DNA of 64,000 bases from contig OY829846.1 in the NCBI GenBank assembly GCA_963691875.1, positions 1,664,001-1,728,000 of the forward strand, given 5' to 3'. Shown here in pieces: positions 30,870-40,931 of the stretch. The notes beneath the pieces were generated by a model, which searched no databases, had not been told where the DNA came from, and saw only the letters and a list, made by a program, of their open reading frames with translations. Origin of the DNA: Aureliella sp. GTDB taxonomy: Bacteria; Planctomycetota; Planctomycetia; Pirellulales; Pirellulaceae. Both the position numbers and the translations under genes were made by a program. The stretch's first letter is position 1. Each line of letters begins with the position of its first letter.

Positions 30870-31673
30870 ATGAAACACAAGATCAACTTAGCACCACTAA
30901 AACTGGTTACGTCATCCACTAAGGATCTTGTAAATGGCATTCTCCAAAACGCGTCTACGCGTAAAGGAGTTATGTACACGTATGCCAACGCCGACACGTT
31001 ACTGCGGGCATCGACATGTCCACGCTTCAGAGCAGCAATTGAAAACGCAAATTTTTGCTACGCCGACGGCTGGGGAGCAGTGCTCCATTCGAGACTAGTT
31101 TTTGGGAACCAAATTCCCAAGAGCTCGACTGATGACTTCTTTGCGAATCTTATATCTCAAGGAATTAACCGTGATCTGCGGATTGCCTTCGTTGGAAGTC
31201 GGTCGGATACGACCGTCAGAGCCCGAAACCACCTCGCCGCCCAAGTTAACGGTTCAAATCCTTTAGCAACGGCAATAAGATACCGCGAACAAATTTTTTG
31301 TCAGAGCGGATACTTTAATAGTGAAGCGGACGAGCATTCATATTTAGATATTCTTGAAAAATTTAATCCGGCACTCGCGGTCGTGGGAATGGGGCAGCCA
31401 ATTCAAGAGATTTGGGCCGACAGAACGCGCTGTCGATTTCCCAATACCACTTTTCTCTGTGTTGGCGGCCTTTTTGATCTTGTTGCTAAGAATATTCCAA
31501 CTCCGCCTTCCTGGATTCGGCGTTACGGATTGGAATGGTGCTTTCGGCTTGCGACCAAACCCAAGTACACCTGGAGACGATATCTTCTAGGACTTCCAGC
31601 CCTCGCAGCTATTAGTTGCGCTCAAGCATGCAATACTCAAATCCTAAATGCTGAAGAAGGTATTAAAGGATGA
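30870..31673 (+). CDS. WecB/TagA/CpsF (GT26) glycosyltransferase
   Basis: YANAD, CYADGWG, VGMGQPIQEIW, VGGLFD and P.WIRRYGLEWCFRL...RRYL. Confidence 0.92.
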   Translation: MKHKINLAPLKLVTSSTKDLVNGILQNASTRKGVMYTYANADTLLRASTCPRFRAAIENANFCYADGWGAVLHSRLVFGNQIPKSSTDDFFANLISQGINRDLRIAFVGSRSDTTVRARNHLAAQVNGSNPLATAIRYREQIFCQSGYFNSEADEHSYLDILEKFNPALAVVGMGQPIQEIWADRTRCRFPNTTFLCVGGLFDLVAKNIPTPPSWIRRYGLEWCFRLATKPKYTWRRYLLGLPALAAISCAQACNTQILNAEEGIKG

Positions 31674-32566
31674 CGAGGGAAGATGAATCGTACGAACATC
31701 CATTACCATCAATCTCGGTAGTTATTCCAGTCAGAGATCGATGGATGGAACTGGAGACTCTTCTTCAATCGCTACTTACTCAAGAGGCTCCTCCCGTATT
31801 TGACGTCACGATCGTCAATGACGGCAGCACGTCTGCACTCCCCACTTCCACCCGTTACCTCATAGATGCACTGACCGCACAATTAATTAAAACCCCTGCC
31901 TTAGGTATCTCCGCCGCACGGAACATTGGGGTTCGATCGTCCAAGGGAGAAGTAATCGCGTTCATTGATTCTGACTGCATCCCCGCCAGCGACTATCTCT
32001 CAAAGGCTTGGCACGAAATTCAAAATTCACCAGAACGAAGCGCGTATCAAGGAATGATCGTTGGCTCCGATTGCTCGATGGTCTCCCGTATTGAACACAT
32101 TCGCGTTGGCGGCATCACCGCTAGTAAGACGCGTTTAGATGGAACAACTACGTACGCAAATACCTCAGCATTCTTTATCAAAAGAAAGGTATTCAATGCC
32201 TTGTCTGGATTTGATGAAACCGTTGTACGTGGCGAAGACAGCCTCCTCCTATATCAGCTCCTTGCCAACAACGATCCCCCTATGCTGCTGCCTCATGCGA
32301 TACTTGAACACCGACCACGAATGAACTTGCTCCCGTATATCGCAAAGCACTTTAAGATTGGACGTCACACATTACTCGCCCGTCATCGACTGGCGTTTTC
32401 TCCAGGTGGACGACTCGACCATGTTGGACGAATGCGAGTAATTCATCACATGCGAAGGCTTTCCAAAGAACATTCGCTCCCGATAGCTTCGTTTTCAATG
32501 GCAATTCTTTGCTATGCCATCGAATGCAGTGGCCGATTGACCGCTGCAGTGTCGTACCGCTGTTAA
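31670..32566 (+). CDS. GT2 family glycosyltransferase
   Basis: ISVVIPV, VNDGS, AARNIG, FIDSDC and GFDE...GED. ATGA overlap with the upstream gene. Confidence 0.92.
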   Translation: MTREDESYEHPLPSISVVIPVRDRWMELETLLQSLLTQEAPPVFDVTIVNDGSTSALPTSTRYLIDALTAQLIKTPALGISAARNIGVRSSKGEVIAFIDSDCIPASDYLSKAWHEIQNSPERSAYQGMIVGSDCSMVSRIEHIRVGGITASKTRLDGTTTYANTSAFFIKRKVFNALSGFDETVVRGEDSLLLYQLLANNDPPMLLPHAILEHRPRMNLLPYIAKHFKIGRHTLLARHRLAFSPGGRLDHVGRMRVIHHMRRLSKEHSLPIASFSMAILCYAIECSGRLTAAVSYRC

Positions 32567-32668
32567 TTCAAATTGACCTATTTTCATATACAAAGATTAA
32601 ATTCATAAGCTCGTCGGAAGTATCGGGCGGGCGGGCCATAAGCCATCCTTTGTTTATGTGATTCTGAC

Positions 32669-32995
32669 ATGATCAAAGATCAAACTCAAGTTGGAAGTTC
32701 AATCAAATTGAAGCATGACAATATTGATGTCGTGTTTGTTGAGTGTGCCAATGCCTTAGGCGATCCGAAAGAAACCAGCACACGTATTTATCAATACCTT
32801 TGTGGCTTACTGGATAAATCTGGAACCGCATCGGCCATTGACCCTAGCCTCAAGTGCCAGCATATTCTCTCTACCAGCGAACGAACTAAAGATCACTTAG
32901 TCAAATATCCACCAACACGGCTTCGCAAAGAGCGCACGATGCCCAATTGGACTCCCACTAACATACTCAGCCTCTCAGGGACACACCGCAGTTAA
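32669..32995 (+). pseudogene. Possible remnant of a sulfotransferase-family C-terminus
   Basis: DVVFVECANALGDPKETSTRIYQYLCGLLDKSGTASAIDPSL recalls the Y..L..DP...I..FL....D...A..DPSL tail of sulfotransferases. No PAPS-binding N-terminus is present. Confidence 0.35.
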
Positions 32996-33132
32996 AAAAC
33001 TGCTGTATATGCATCAATGATTGGGTTTTTTCGTATATCTCAAAATACACTCTGCACACATGAACGACCGTACTCTTTGCATGATCAGGCCAGCGTGCTG
33101 CAGCATTAATCGACGCTCGATACAAAACGTAG

Positions 33133-33161
33133 AAAACCCACCTCCTAAGAGGTGGGTTTTT
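33133..33161. terminator. Bidirectional intrinsic terminator
   Basis: AAAACCCACCTC-ctaa-GAGGTGGGTTTTT between convergent units. Confidence 0.85.
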
Positions 33162-33326
33162 GACTTCCGGTCCTCTCGACGGTAACAGCCGTAGTGGATC
33201 TGAATGTGGCGTGGGAAGACTTCTGCCAGGTGCTCCAGCAACTGAGGACGGTGGCCATTCTATGCGTAGATCAGCAGGTCGTATTGATCCGTTAGTGGCT
33301 CGCCAGGCCAGGGGTCGACTCGCTTT

Positions 33327-33899
33327 TCAAGCGAGTTCCTCAGGTTCACCGAGCACTTCGTCCAGCAGGGGTTTGAGAGCAAGGTGATGTGCCAAACCCT
33401 GGATCTGTTGACGGTCGGCCTCAGAGGAGGTGCGGTAGATCTGACGCAGGTCGCGGCGACTCTTGTGGCTCCCTTTGCTAATCCAGACCAATTTCGAGGC
33501 GGCCGAATCCACCCTCGACACGACAGGAAGCCGTACACCGGCAAAGACCTCGATCAGGCATGATCGATCCAGCTCCCCCTCAATTAGCTCGCGTGGGTAG
33601 ATGTCAAGCTTGAGAGCCTCGACCTTATCGAGTAACTGAAACATCTCACGCCGCTCCACCGCCCGCCGAACGGAGGGGAGATCAAACAGGAAGTCGCCTG
33701 TGTCGAGCCGTCGGAAAAACGCTTCGAGTTGTTCTGCCAGAACCTCGTTATCAACAACGATGTCAATGTCTTGCGTCATCCTCGGCTCGCCGTACAAGAC
33801 GGAGGTGACTCCACCCGTCAGATGAAATCGAACGCCGAGTTGCTGGAAGATTTCCGTCGCCTTGCCAAGAGTCGCCTGAAAGGCCTCAACGGGAAACAT
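33327..33899 (-). CDS. Nucleotidyltransferase (AbiEii/MenT-like), putative toxin
   Basis: LTGGVTSVLYGEPRMTQDIDIV (GG...R.T.D.D) and SKL...K.RRDL. Confidence 0.75.
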   Translation of the reverse strand: MFPVEAFQATLGKATEIFQQLGVRFHLTGGVTSVLYGEPRMTQDIDIVVDNEVLAEQLEAFFRRLDTGDFLFDLPSVRRAVERREMFQLLDKVEALKLDIYPRELIEGELDRSCLIEVFAGVRLPVVSRVDSAASKLVWISKGSHKSRRDLRQIYRTSSEADRQQIQGLAHHLALKPLLDEVLGEPEELA

Positions 33900-34128
33900 C
33901 TCTAAGCCTTTGGTCAATGATGGCTTTAGCCGTTTTGTCTGAGCCGTACATTCGCCTGGCGACTTCCCATTTCAGGCGTTCGTCAGAGAGCGGACCAAGC
34001 TCAGCGGTGACTTGTCGAGCAAGCAGATCTCGGGTCCATTTCAGCATCGCGGCACATCGGGCGATCCGCTCTTGTGGGGATAACGCATCCATCGCGGAGT
34101 TGTACTGTTGTTCAACGATCGAAGACAT
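33886..34128 (-). CDS. Small helical protein, putative antitoxin partner
   Basis: 80 aa (LSPQERIAR...VARRMYG) overlapping the start of the nucleotidyltransferase. Confidence 0.65.
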   Translation of the reverse strand: MSSIVEQQYNSAMDALSPQERIARCAAMLKWTRDLLARQVTAELGPLSDERLKWEVARRMYGSDKTAKAIIDQRLRDVSR

Positions 34129-34415
34129 CGCGTCCTAAGCCCTGCTGTGAAGTGACGGCTCAATGATTCTCGTAAGATACCACAACTATCGATGTCGCCG
34201 TAGACTGTCGCCTCCTGAGCCGCTCCCGTTTTTGATCCAGGCGTTATGAGAGTACGGGCTGGGTAACAGATCGGGTTTCGTTGTGCTGATGGAACGGAGT
34301 ATGCGCAGCAAACGGGCCTGAATCAGCAGAGCGACGTGCGATCTCATCCGGGGGTAGGCCACCGACGGAACTAGAAGAGAGATAGCCGTTGTAGTCTTCC
34401 CGCCAGGCCGCATCA

Positions 34416-35306
34416 TTGGAGAGCACCCGGAAACCAGCGGTTCAAAATGGCTCAGAAACACAAGGTAAGACAAAAGCAAGCATGTCACATAAGTCGTTGC
34501 TCAATCGGCTGAAAATCCATTTGGCATGTCGTAGGTACTCCCCTGGGAAACCTACCGTAACGGGGACATCCCCGAAACGAATGGAGTCGGTATTTCTGAT
34601 TGCCCGGCTGCTTGGCCGCGGAACAAGCGATCACCCGATTTCTAGCCCAAACTCTCGGTCGTCTCTCTGTCTCAACTCCGCTGGTCAAACGGATTTAGCA
34701 GACTCCCCTGTCGCACCGAAATCGAAAAAGGACGTCAATAAGCAACAGCCAGTCGGAGCACAGGAAAAGCCCGCAGGAACGACTGACGAGATAACGAAGA
34801 GCTTGATCGTTCAGAAGCTGTCGCCATTTGCAGCGGAAGTGCGCCACCCCAAAAACTGGTCCTTCAGTCAAAAAAACGAAGGCGGTAATTTCACGTGGGT
34901 TATCTCAGAAGCCAAACCGCAAAAGGCCGGGCAACCATTCGAGGCAGGCGTCGAGATCAAAGCCTTCTATGAGGTATCAGCACGGACCCCAAAATCCCCG
35001 GAAGAGTTTGCAGGGGAATATTTGGAAAAGATGAGTGACACTAAACACTCAAAAGTACTGCATCAGTTGAAGCAACAAGCTGGCCCGCTGACTGCGTTTA
35101 CGCGGACCGTTGAACTGCCTAAAGCAGTATTGGCGACCGATGTATATTGGGGAGACGGAAAACAATTAGATGTGGTAGTCGTTGTCACGAGAAAAGCTCC
35201 CCAAAAACGGTGGAATGCAATCCAGCCAATCTTCAGAAATCTGACGGGTTTCAGTCTGCGCACAATTGTGGAGGGGACTCGCGAAACTGCAGGGGACTCA
35301 AAGTGA
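34416..35306 (+). CDS. Hypothetical protein; only the C-terminal ~200 aa look protein-like
   Basis: Long ORF. The N-terminal part runs through repeat copy 2 and the start is uncertain. Confidence 0.45.
   Translation: MESTRKPAVQNGSETQGKTKASMSHKSLLNRLKIHLACRRYSPGKPTVTGTSPKRMESVFLIARLLGRGTSDHPISSPNSRSSLCLNSAGQTDLADSPVAPKSKKDVNKQQPVGAQEKPAGTTDEITKSLIVQKLSPFAAEVRHPKNWSFSQKNEGGNFTWVISEAKPQKAGQPFEAGVEIKAFYEVSARTPKSPEEFAGEYLEKMSDTKHSKVLHQLKQQAGPLTAFTRTVELPKAVLATDVYWGDGKQLDVVVVVTRKAPQKRWNAIQPIFRNLTGFSLRTIVEGTRETAGDSK
34634..34684 (+). repeat. Imperfect direct repeat, copy 2
   Basis: CCCGATTTCTAGCCCAAaCTCTCGGtcgTCTCTCTGTCTCAACTCCGCTGG. Confidence 0.85.
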
Positions 35307-36398
35307 ATCAATTCAGTGAACGCGTATTTCTGCTGCCGAGGCAATTGAACCACATTTGGTAAGGCCACCCGATGATCATTCACCGCTTAACAAGACCCAA
35401 TCATCACGCTATGCGCAACGAGTTGAACCGTGAGATCACCTCAGCGGTTGGGCGGCTATGAAGGTGAGAAAAAAGACCCACGCATGAATCAGCCTGATTC
35501 GTGCAAAGAGCCTCGTGCTACCTCCGTCGTCCTGGCCTCTCACCGGGGCAGATGTCATGAAACCTGACAAACACTTGTTCCGCGAGAGCCGGGAAGAGCC
35601 GGACACCACTGACGGGGTGGTTTTCTGGATACGAACTCTGGTAAGTCGATTGGGAGTTTACGTGTCGGAGGCATCGTGAAATCCCTAGAGATGTACCTGG
35701 ACGGCCGATGGCTTGCGGCAGAAACACGGGAAAAATCAGATGTAGTGGGGAGACTCAAGCATCGAGAGGTTATTTGAAATTAGACAAGGTTCCATCACCG
35801 GCATGAGCCACAGCAGCCTTGTCATTCCTGATTCTTGCTGAGTCCACATGGTCGGATGCCCAATGTAACCCGATAGGGACGTTCAGGTGCTCACTTCCCC
35901 TCTCAAGCTCGCCGCTATCTTTTTTTCTATCGGTCGCTAACCCATGGCGGGACAACTCAAAGGCAGATAGCCAAACCTCAGACGCCACATCCGCCGGGGG
36001 GCCGCGCGGCCATCGTCGCCCGCTGGCTTGGATAGAGTTCGAAAGCGGTACCTCTGACAGTCTCGCGCGTCATTGACAAGATTTGCAAGAAACACACAAC
36101 GCGTGAACAGCATCTGATTTTAACCATTACTTCCGGCCTGACGTTTCGATACACGACCGAGCAGAACATGGACTGGTCAACCCTGGAACCGAGAGAGTTA
36201 GACGCACATCGCACACCTGAAACACCGAGAGTTTCGCCCTGCATCCACTTCGGGCAATGAAACCTGAGATGTTACCAGTCTCATCTCTACTATTCGAACG
36301 GAGCTCGGCTCCCGCGACTAAATGAGGAAAACCCTTGGCTGAGTCCAACTCATCGAGCTGTTTTTAGTCAGCTTTGGAATTCGGTGCAGCAGTCGGGC

Positions 36399-37976
36399 TC
36401 ACCCCAAGCAACAACTTCCTGTTTCGATATCGCCGATTCTTTTGCGAATCGCCGCCGCTTCGCGTCCGCGACCTTCGAGCTCGAGAATCGCGGCTTCATT
36501 CTCAAGAGAATGAACGAGAGATTGCCATTTGTTGGCTGCGAGCATTCGAACCTGTACTTCGTGTAGTGCGTCAAGCGCTTCGTCTAATCTTCCCATGATG
36601 AGCATCGCGTTGGCTAGATCCGCTGATGCGGCAAGTCGCCCGGGCCAGTTTGCTGCTTCACTGATCGAAAGAGCTTGGCCTAAGAACTGGCTTCCTTGTT
36701 CGTAGGCACCATTGTGAATTTTCATGGCCCCGAGTACGGCGAGGGCGGAGGCTCGAATGTTCGGATTATCGGATTCCGCTTCCCGGCCAAGGATTGTTGT
36801 AGCGACCGCTAGCTGCCCTTGAGCGGCCATCGCTCGAGCGAGTGTGATTTGCAGATACGGTCGGATGCGGGCGATTGCCTGTGTTTCGGCTCGTTTGATC
36901 GACAGCGTCGCCACGTGCGGCTGTCCAGTTGCGATCTGATATTCCGCAATTGCTGTCCATAGAGCCGCTTCCGGTGTTAGTGATGGATCAACTTGGATTC
37001 CAATTCGCGAACACCACGGCGCCATGGCCATAGTCAGCTCTCGTGGTAGCTGATCGCTAGGATGGGCAAGTCGTACAGCTTGCTCCCAAAACACAGAATC
37101 CACTGATGGCATCTCTTGATCTGGGCTACGCGCGTGAATCGAAACCAGCTGGCTGCTCGTGGCCGCCTTCCAGCACTGCCGCGCTTGTGGAACTTGATCG
37201 GTGCGAAGTGAAGCTTCGCATGCCATGAGCCATAAGTCGGAAGCCACGCTCGAGGAGCCAACTTGCGCAGCTAGCTCGGCACCAGATACAAAGGATTCAA
37301 TTGCTGAGGCGGTCTGTTCGCTGGCGACTTGTAGTTCGCCCTTAAAGCGAATTGCTTCGAGTTTGAGTAATGGACTTTGGAAACCTGCGGCGATGTCTGT
37401 TAGCTTACCAATCACAGCCTGCGTCGACTTCGCGTCGGTGGCGGTGGTAACCAGTGAACGCAGGTTCGCACGCCACTCTTTGGCCAACTCTGGCTTTGCC
37501 TTCAGTTCAGCTTGCAGTTCGGCCCAAAGAGATGCAGTGCGTTCGTTGCCCAAGCTCTGGGCGACAAACTGAAGCGTGTCAGAGTTTGCATGCTCGGGCG
37601 GTTCGAGCAGGAGACGGCGTGCCGAGCGAGTATGAAGCTGAACAAAAACTCTTGCCGATTGCAGCTTCTTCCGTTCGAGGAGTGTGATGACCTGCTTAAG
37701 CAATTCGCCAGTAGGCAAAGCCTTGCAAGTTCCGCCTCCCAGGAGTTTTTCTTGTCCGTTGAAGCGAATCTGTTTGGCCCGTGGATTCGACACACGCGTT
37801 GCGTCAGCTGCAGCTCCTGCACGCTCGGAGATGGATCCAGGACTATTGGCCTGATCATCGTCAAATCCAAGCTGATCAGAGATAGGACTTGAGAAGATCG
37901 CACATCCGGAAAATGACAATAGGCTTCCGAGCAATATCCATGAGACGCTGCGAGCTGGTTGCGAGTTTTTTGACAT
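36399..37976 (-). CDS. TPR-like helical lipoprotein co-transcribed with the secretin
   Basis: Start at MSKNSQ after GAGG, lipobox-like LLSFSG-C, and TPR-like helices (ASALAVLG...GAYEQGSQFLGQAL). Confidence 0.75.
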   Translation of the reverse strand: MSKNSQPARSVSWILLGSLLSFSGCAIFSSPISDQLGFDDDQANSPGSISERAGAAADATRVSNPRAKQIRFNGQEKLLGGGTCKALPTGELLKQVITLLERKKLQSARVFVQLHTRSARRLLLEPPEHANSDTLQFVAQSLGNERTASLWAELQAELKAKPELAKEWRANLRSLVTTATDAKSTQAVIGKLTDIAAGFQSPLLKLEAIRFKGELQVASEQTASAIESFVSGAELAAQVGSSSVASDLWLMACEASLRTDQVPQARQCWKAATSSQLVSIHARSPDQEMPSVDSVFWEQAVRLAHPSDQLPRELTMAMAPWCSRIGIQVDPSLTPEAALWTAIAEYQIATGQPHVATLSIKRAETQAIARIRPYLQITLARAMAAQGQLAVATTILGREAESDNPNIRASALAVLGAMKIHNGAYEQGSQFLGQALSISEAANWPGRLAASADLANAMLIMGRLDEALDALHEVQVRMLAANKWQSLVHSLENEAAILELEGRGREAAAIRKRIGDIETGSCCLG

Positions 37977-37992
37977 GTCTATACTCGCTTCC

Positions 37993-40092
37993 TCAGTAAA
38001 TGGCCGGAATGACATTGTGCATCTGGAGCAAGCTCGCTCGCTTGGCACATTCGGGAGCTGGACGAACCACCTCGCAAGGTAGATAGGTATTCATTGTTCC
38101 CCTCGGATCTGCCCCATTGGGATGCAATGAATGCTCGGCGACGAAGCACTGGCTTCTTTCGGCCGCCTCAGCTGGCGTGTTAAACACATAAGGACGTATC
38201 ATCACGATGAGCTCACTTCGTTGACGACCAGTGCCTTGACGTCGGAACAGAAAACCGAGCTTGGGAATATCGCCCAGGAATGGAATCTGATCACGAGTGT
38301 CCGAAACCTGATCCTCTATTAATCCGCCGAGGGCAACTGCCATACCGTCTTGAGCAACGACAGTTCCCGTGACGCTTCGACGTCGAACTGTATCGACGTT
38401 TACGGACGTCACCGTCGCGCCATTGGTCGAAGGAACTGGGATGGATGCTCCACCAATGATCCGCTCGCTATTTTCTTCGACAATTCGCAGCGTCACGGTA
38501 CGATCCGAGTTAATGTTGGGCGTGATCAGCAGCGATTGGCCCACATCGCGCAGCTCGGTGATTGGAGTCGGCGCTACGGCACCATTTACTGCTCCCACTG
38601 CACCGCCAACAATCTGCCCAGGCGTAAAACCAACCGTAAAAGGGAGCGTATCGCCGACGAAAATCCGACTAACTTCGTTGTTCGCGGTCAGGATTAGCGG
38701 CGTCGCAAGTGCCGTGACTCGGTTCTTGCTTTCGAGCAACTGCATGCGGAATCGAAAGTCGTCATCAATGACTTGGAATGTCAATGCACCGGGTACATTG
38801 CCTGAGACCCCCAATCCGTTTGCCAGCGTGCGAGCGGTGGCTGAGCCGCCTGGAAACGGTTGTGCCGGTGCAACGGAGAACGGAGCTCCATCAGAGAAAG
38901 CTCCAGCCATATCGTTGTCGCCCGCAAAGTATTCGAAAGCGCTGTTGAGTCCATCTGCCAATTCGACACGCAGGACTTTGACTTCGAGCAACACTGTCGG
39001 AGTTGGCACATCCAGCTCTGCAACGAGTCGTTCGATCTGCTCCATTGTGCGAGGATCGCCAGTACGCACTAAGACTTGATTGTTACGTCGAATCGTAGAA
39101 ACGTAAATTGTTGCTTCTTTGCGACGCAACAATTCACTGCGTTGGTCTTCGTCAAGGTTGCCAGCTGCCAGCTGGTTCTCAATCGCTTGGATTTCTGATG
39201 AGGACAGATCGGAAAGTGGCTGTCCGTCCGCAGTAGATAAGCTCCGCTGACTTACGCGGGATCGGGAGCGATTGGTCAGGCCTCCACCGAGTCCGCCACT
39301 GAAGCCCCCCAATCCTCCACCAAAACCTCCCAGGCCACCGAATCCCAGGCCGCCTCCGCCAAATCCTCCGACTCCGAGTCCATTCGAGTTGCCTAAGTTG
39401 TTTTGTCCTAGTCCACTTCCGCCGCCAAAAGTACCAAGTCCCAGTGCTCTACCGTCGACCAGGTCAAATCGATTGAAGCGTTGGGTGAGCTCGATGAAGT
39501 CCGTGAAGTCATTGTCGGCTGAGTTCAGTTGCACCCGATCGCCATAGACATGCTGTATGGCTTGTGCGACTGCAGTCGGATTCGGATAGAGCAACGTGAA
39601 CACCCGAGTTTCTTCGTCTCGGAAACTCGTCAGATCTCGCTCGTACTCTTCCCGAGTCGCGATGCGGATGATTCCAGACTGATCGTCCACTCGGTAGAAA
39701 AGACCGTTTGCTTTTACGATCGCATCGATGGCGTCGATGGCCCGAACGTTCTCAAAATAGACCGTGATCTCTTTTTCGCCGGCATCCGCGCTGGTGATGA
39801 CCTTTAGCCCTACTTCTTTAGACAGTGTCTGCACTGCTTGCGCAAGCGGCACTTTTTCGAAATCGACCAGAGGAATTTCAGTACGCGCGCTTGCTGGCAA
39901 CGCCTCAGCCCGATCCGTCAAATCGATTGGTTCAACTGGCAACACCGGACGGGGACCTGGAAGGCTTGGCAGTTCGCCCGGTGATTGCGAACCGCCAATT
40001 TGCAGATCAGTGAGTCTTTGAGCCTGCACCAATTGAGGCAGACCAGTAGCCAGTGCTAAGAAGAACAATAAGACTCGGTAATTCAGGAGCAC
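37993..40092 (-). CDS. Secretin (GspD/PilQ family)
   Basis: Signal peptide, N domains, LDVPTPTVLLEVKV, LATPLILTANN, LLITPNIN, ALGGLI, IPFLGDIPKLGFLFR and SELIVMIRPYV. Contains a Gly-rich insert. Confidence 0.93.
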   Translation of the reverse strand: MLLNYRVLLFFLALATGLPQLVQAQRLTDLQIGGSQSPGELPSLPGPRPVLPVEPIDLTDRAEALPASARTEIPLVDFEKVPLAQAVQTLSKEVGLKVITSADAGEKEITVYFENVRAIDAIDAIVKANGLFYRVDDQSGIIRIATREEYERDLTSFRDEETRVFTLLYPNPTAVAQAIQHVYGDRVQLNSADNDFTDFIELTQRFNRFDLVDGRALGLGTFGGGSGLGQNNLGNSNGLGVGGFGGGGLGFGGLGGFGGGLGGFSGGLGGGLTNRSRSRVSQRSLSTADGQPLSDLSSSEIQAIENQLAAGNLDEDQRSELLRRKEATIYVSTIRRNNQVLVRTGDPRTMEQIERLVAELDVPTPTVLLEVKVLRVELADGLNSAFEYFAGDNDMAGAFSDGAPFSVAPAQPFPGGSATARTLANGLGVSGNVPGALTFQVIDDDFRFRMQLLESKNRVTALATPLILTANNEVSRIFVGDTLPFTVGFTPGQIVGGAVGAVNGAVAPTPITELRDVGQSLLITPNINSDRTVTLRIVEENSERIIGGASIPVPSTNGATVTSVNVDTVRRRSVTGTVVAQDGMAVALGGLIEDQVSDTRDQIPFLGDIPKLGFLFRRQGTGRQRSELIVMIRPYVFNTPAEAAERSQCFVAEHSLHPNGADPRGTMNTYLPCEVVRPAPECAKRASLLQMHNVIPAIY

Positions 40093-40415
40093 TAGCGCAA
40101 CTTCACCCTAGAACCAATATGGTGGAACACGACCTTTCAAGTGGATCGGTTAGGTAAACTTTGCGGCTTGAGTCGAATATGCGGATTCTGTGCGATGGTG
40201 AAGTGTCAGTACTGCCCCAAAGGCTTGCTTTTGCAGCTGAAGGATCCAACAAACGCTCCAGTGAGGTGGTTTTTCGCAGGCAATGTCAGACCAATTAGTG
40301 GCTTTTGAGGGATTTCACATGTAGAATTTGAGAAAATACCCTTTGCTCGTCCGGATAATGCTTGCGGACCGTATGCTACGCGAGCTTAATGAGGATCTGG
40401 AAAGGATCAAACTGC

Positions 40416-40901
40416 GTGAAACCTAAGTCCGAAGCCAGAAGCCACCAGAGCACTCGATTTCGTGTGGGTGGTTGGTTGTGCGTGGTTCTTGGGGTGATGT
40501 GGGCTTTCAGTCCCGTTCTTCACGGTCTTTTCCATATTACTGACGTAGCTCACCACCACCCTGAGGGGTCCGTGCACGGGCACTATAGCACGTCACATCA
40601 TGGCCACGATCACGCCGATGGGAGTCATTCCCATACTTCGCGTCCTCAGCAGGAGTCCGGCAAGGATTCTGGCGAACGACCAGACGGTGAGCCTCAGGAT
40701 GATCACAAGTCTCCGCAACCGCCCGCGGAAGACTTCCCAACATTTCTCTTTTCTGCACTTGAGCTGGCTGCATCGGATGATATTTCGATTGAAGTCGAGC
40801 TGAGCGAGACTTCGCACCTAGGCGATGAGGTCTTTGAAAGTGTTCGTTTTGATGTCTCGACTTTCGTCGGAGCGGCAGGTCCTCGCGGGCCGCCTGCGTA
40901 A
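40416..40901 (+). CDS. His-rich exported leader protein ending in RGPP (DUF2946-like arrest-peptide architecture)
   Basis: AAAGGA then GTG start, a hydrophobic segment, 13 His in about 38 residues, an acidic linker, and C-terminal GPRGPPA-stop. Confidence 0.7.
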   Translation: MKPKSEARSHQSTRFRVGGWLCVVLGVMWAFSPVLHGLFHITDVAHHHPEGSVHGHYSTSHHGHDHADGSHSHTSRPQQESGKDSGERPDGEPQDDHKSPQPPAEDFPTFLFSALELAASDDISIEVELSETSHLGDEVFESVRFDVSTFVGAAGPRGPPA

Positions 40902-40912
40902 TCGTTCGCCGA

Positions 40913-40931
40913 AGATCTCCGTCGGAGATCT
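40913..40931 (+). promoter_or_regulatory. Perfect hairpin just after the RGPP ORF stop
   Basis: AGATCTCC-gtc-GGAGATCT with no U-tract. Confidence 0.55.

Noticed and set aside
35310..36395. 1.1-kb gap with short ORFs as an ncRNA or small-gene cluster
   Set aside because: I could not support any motif, structure or convincing ORF.
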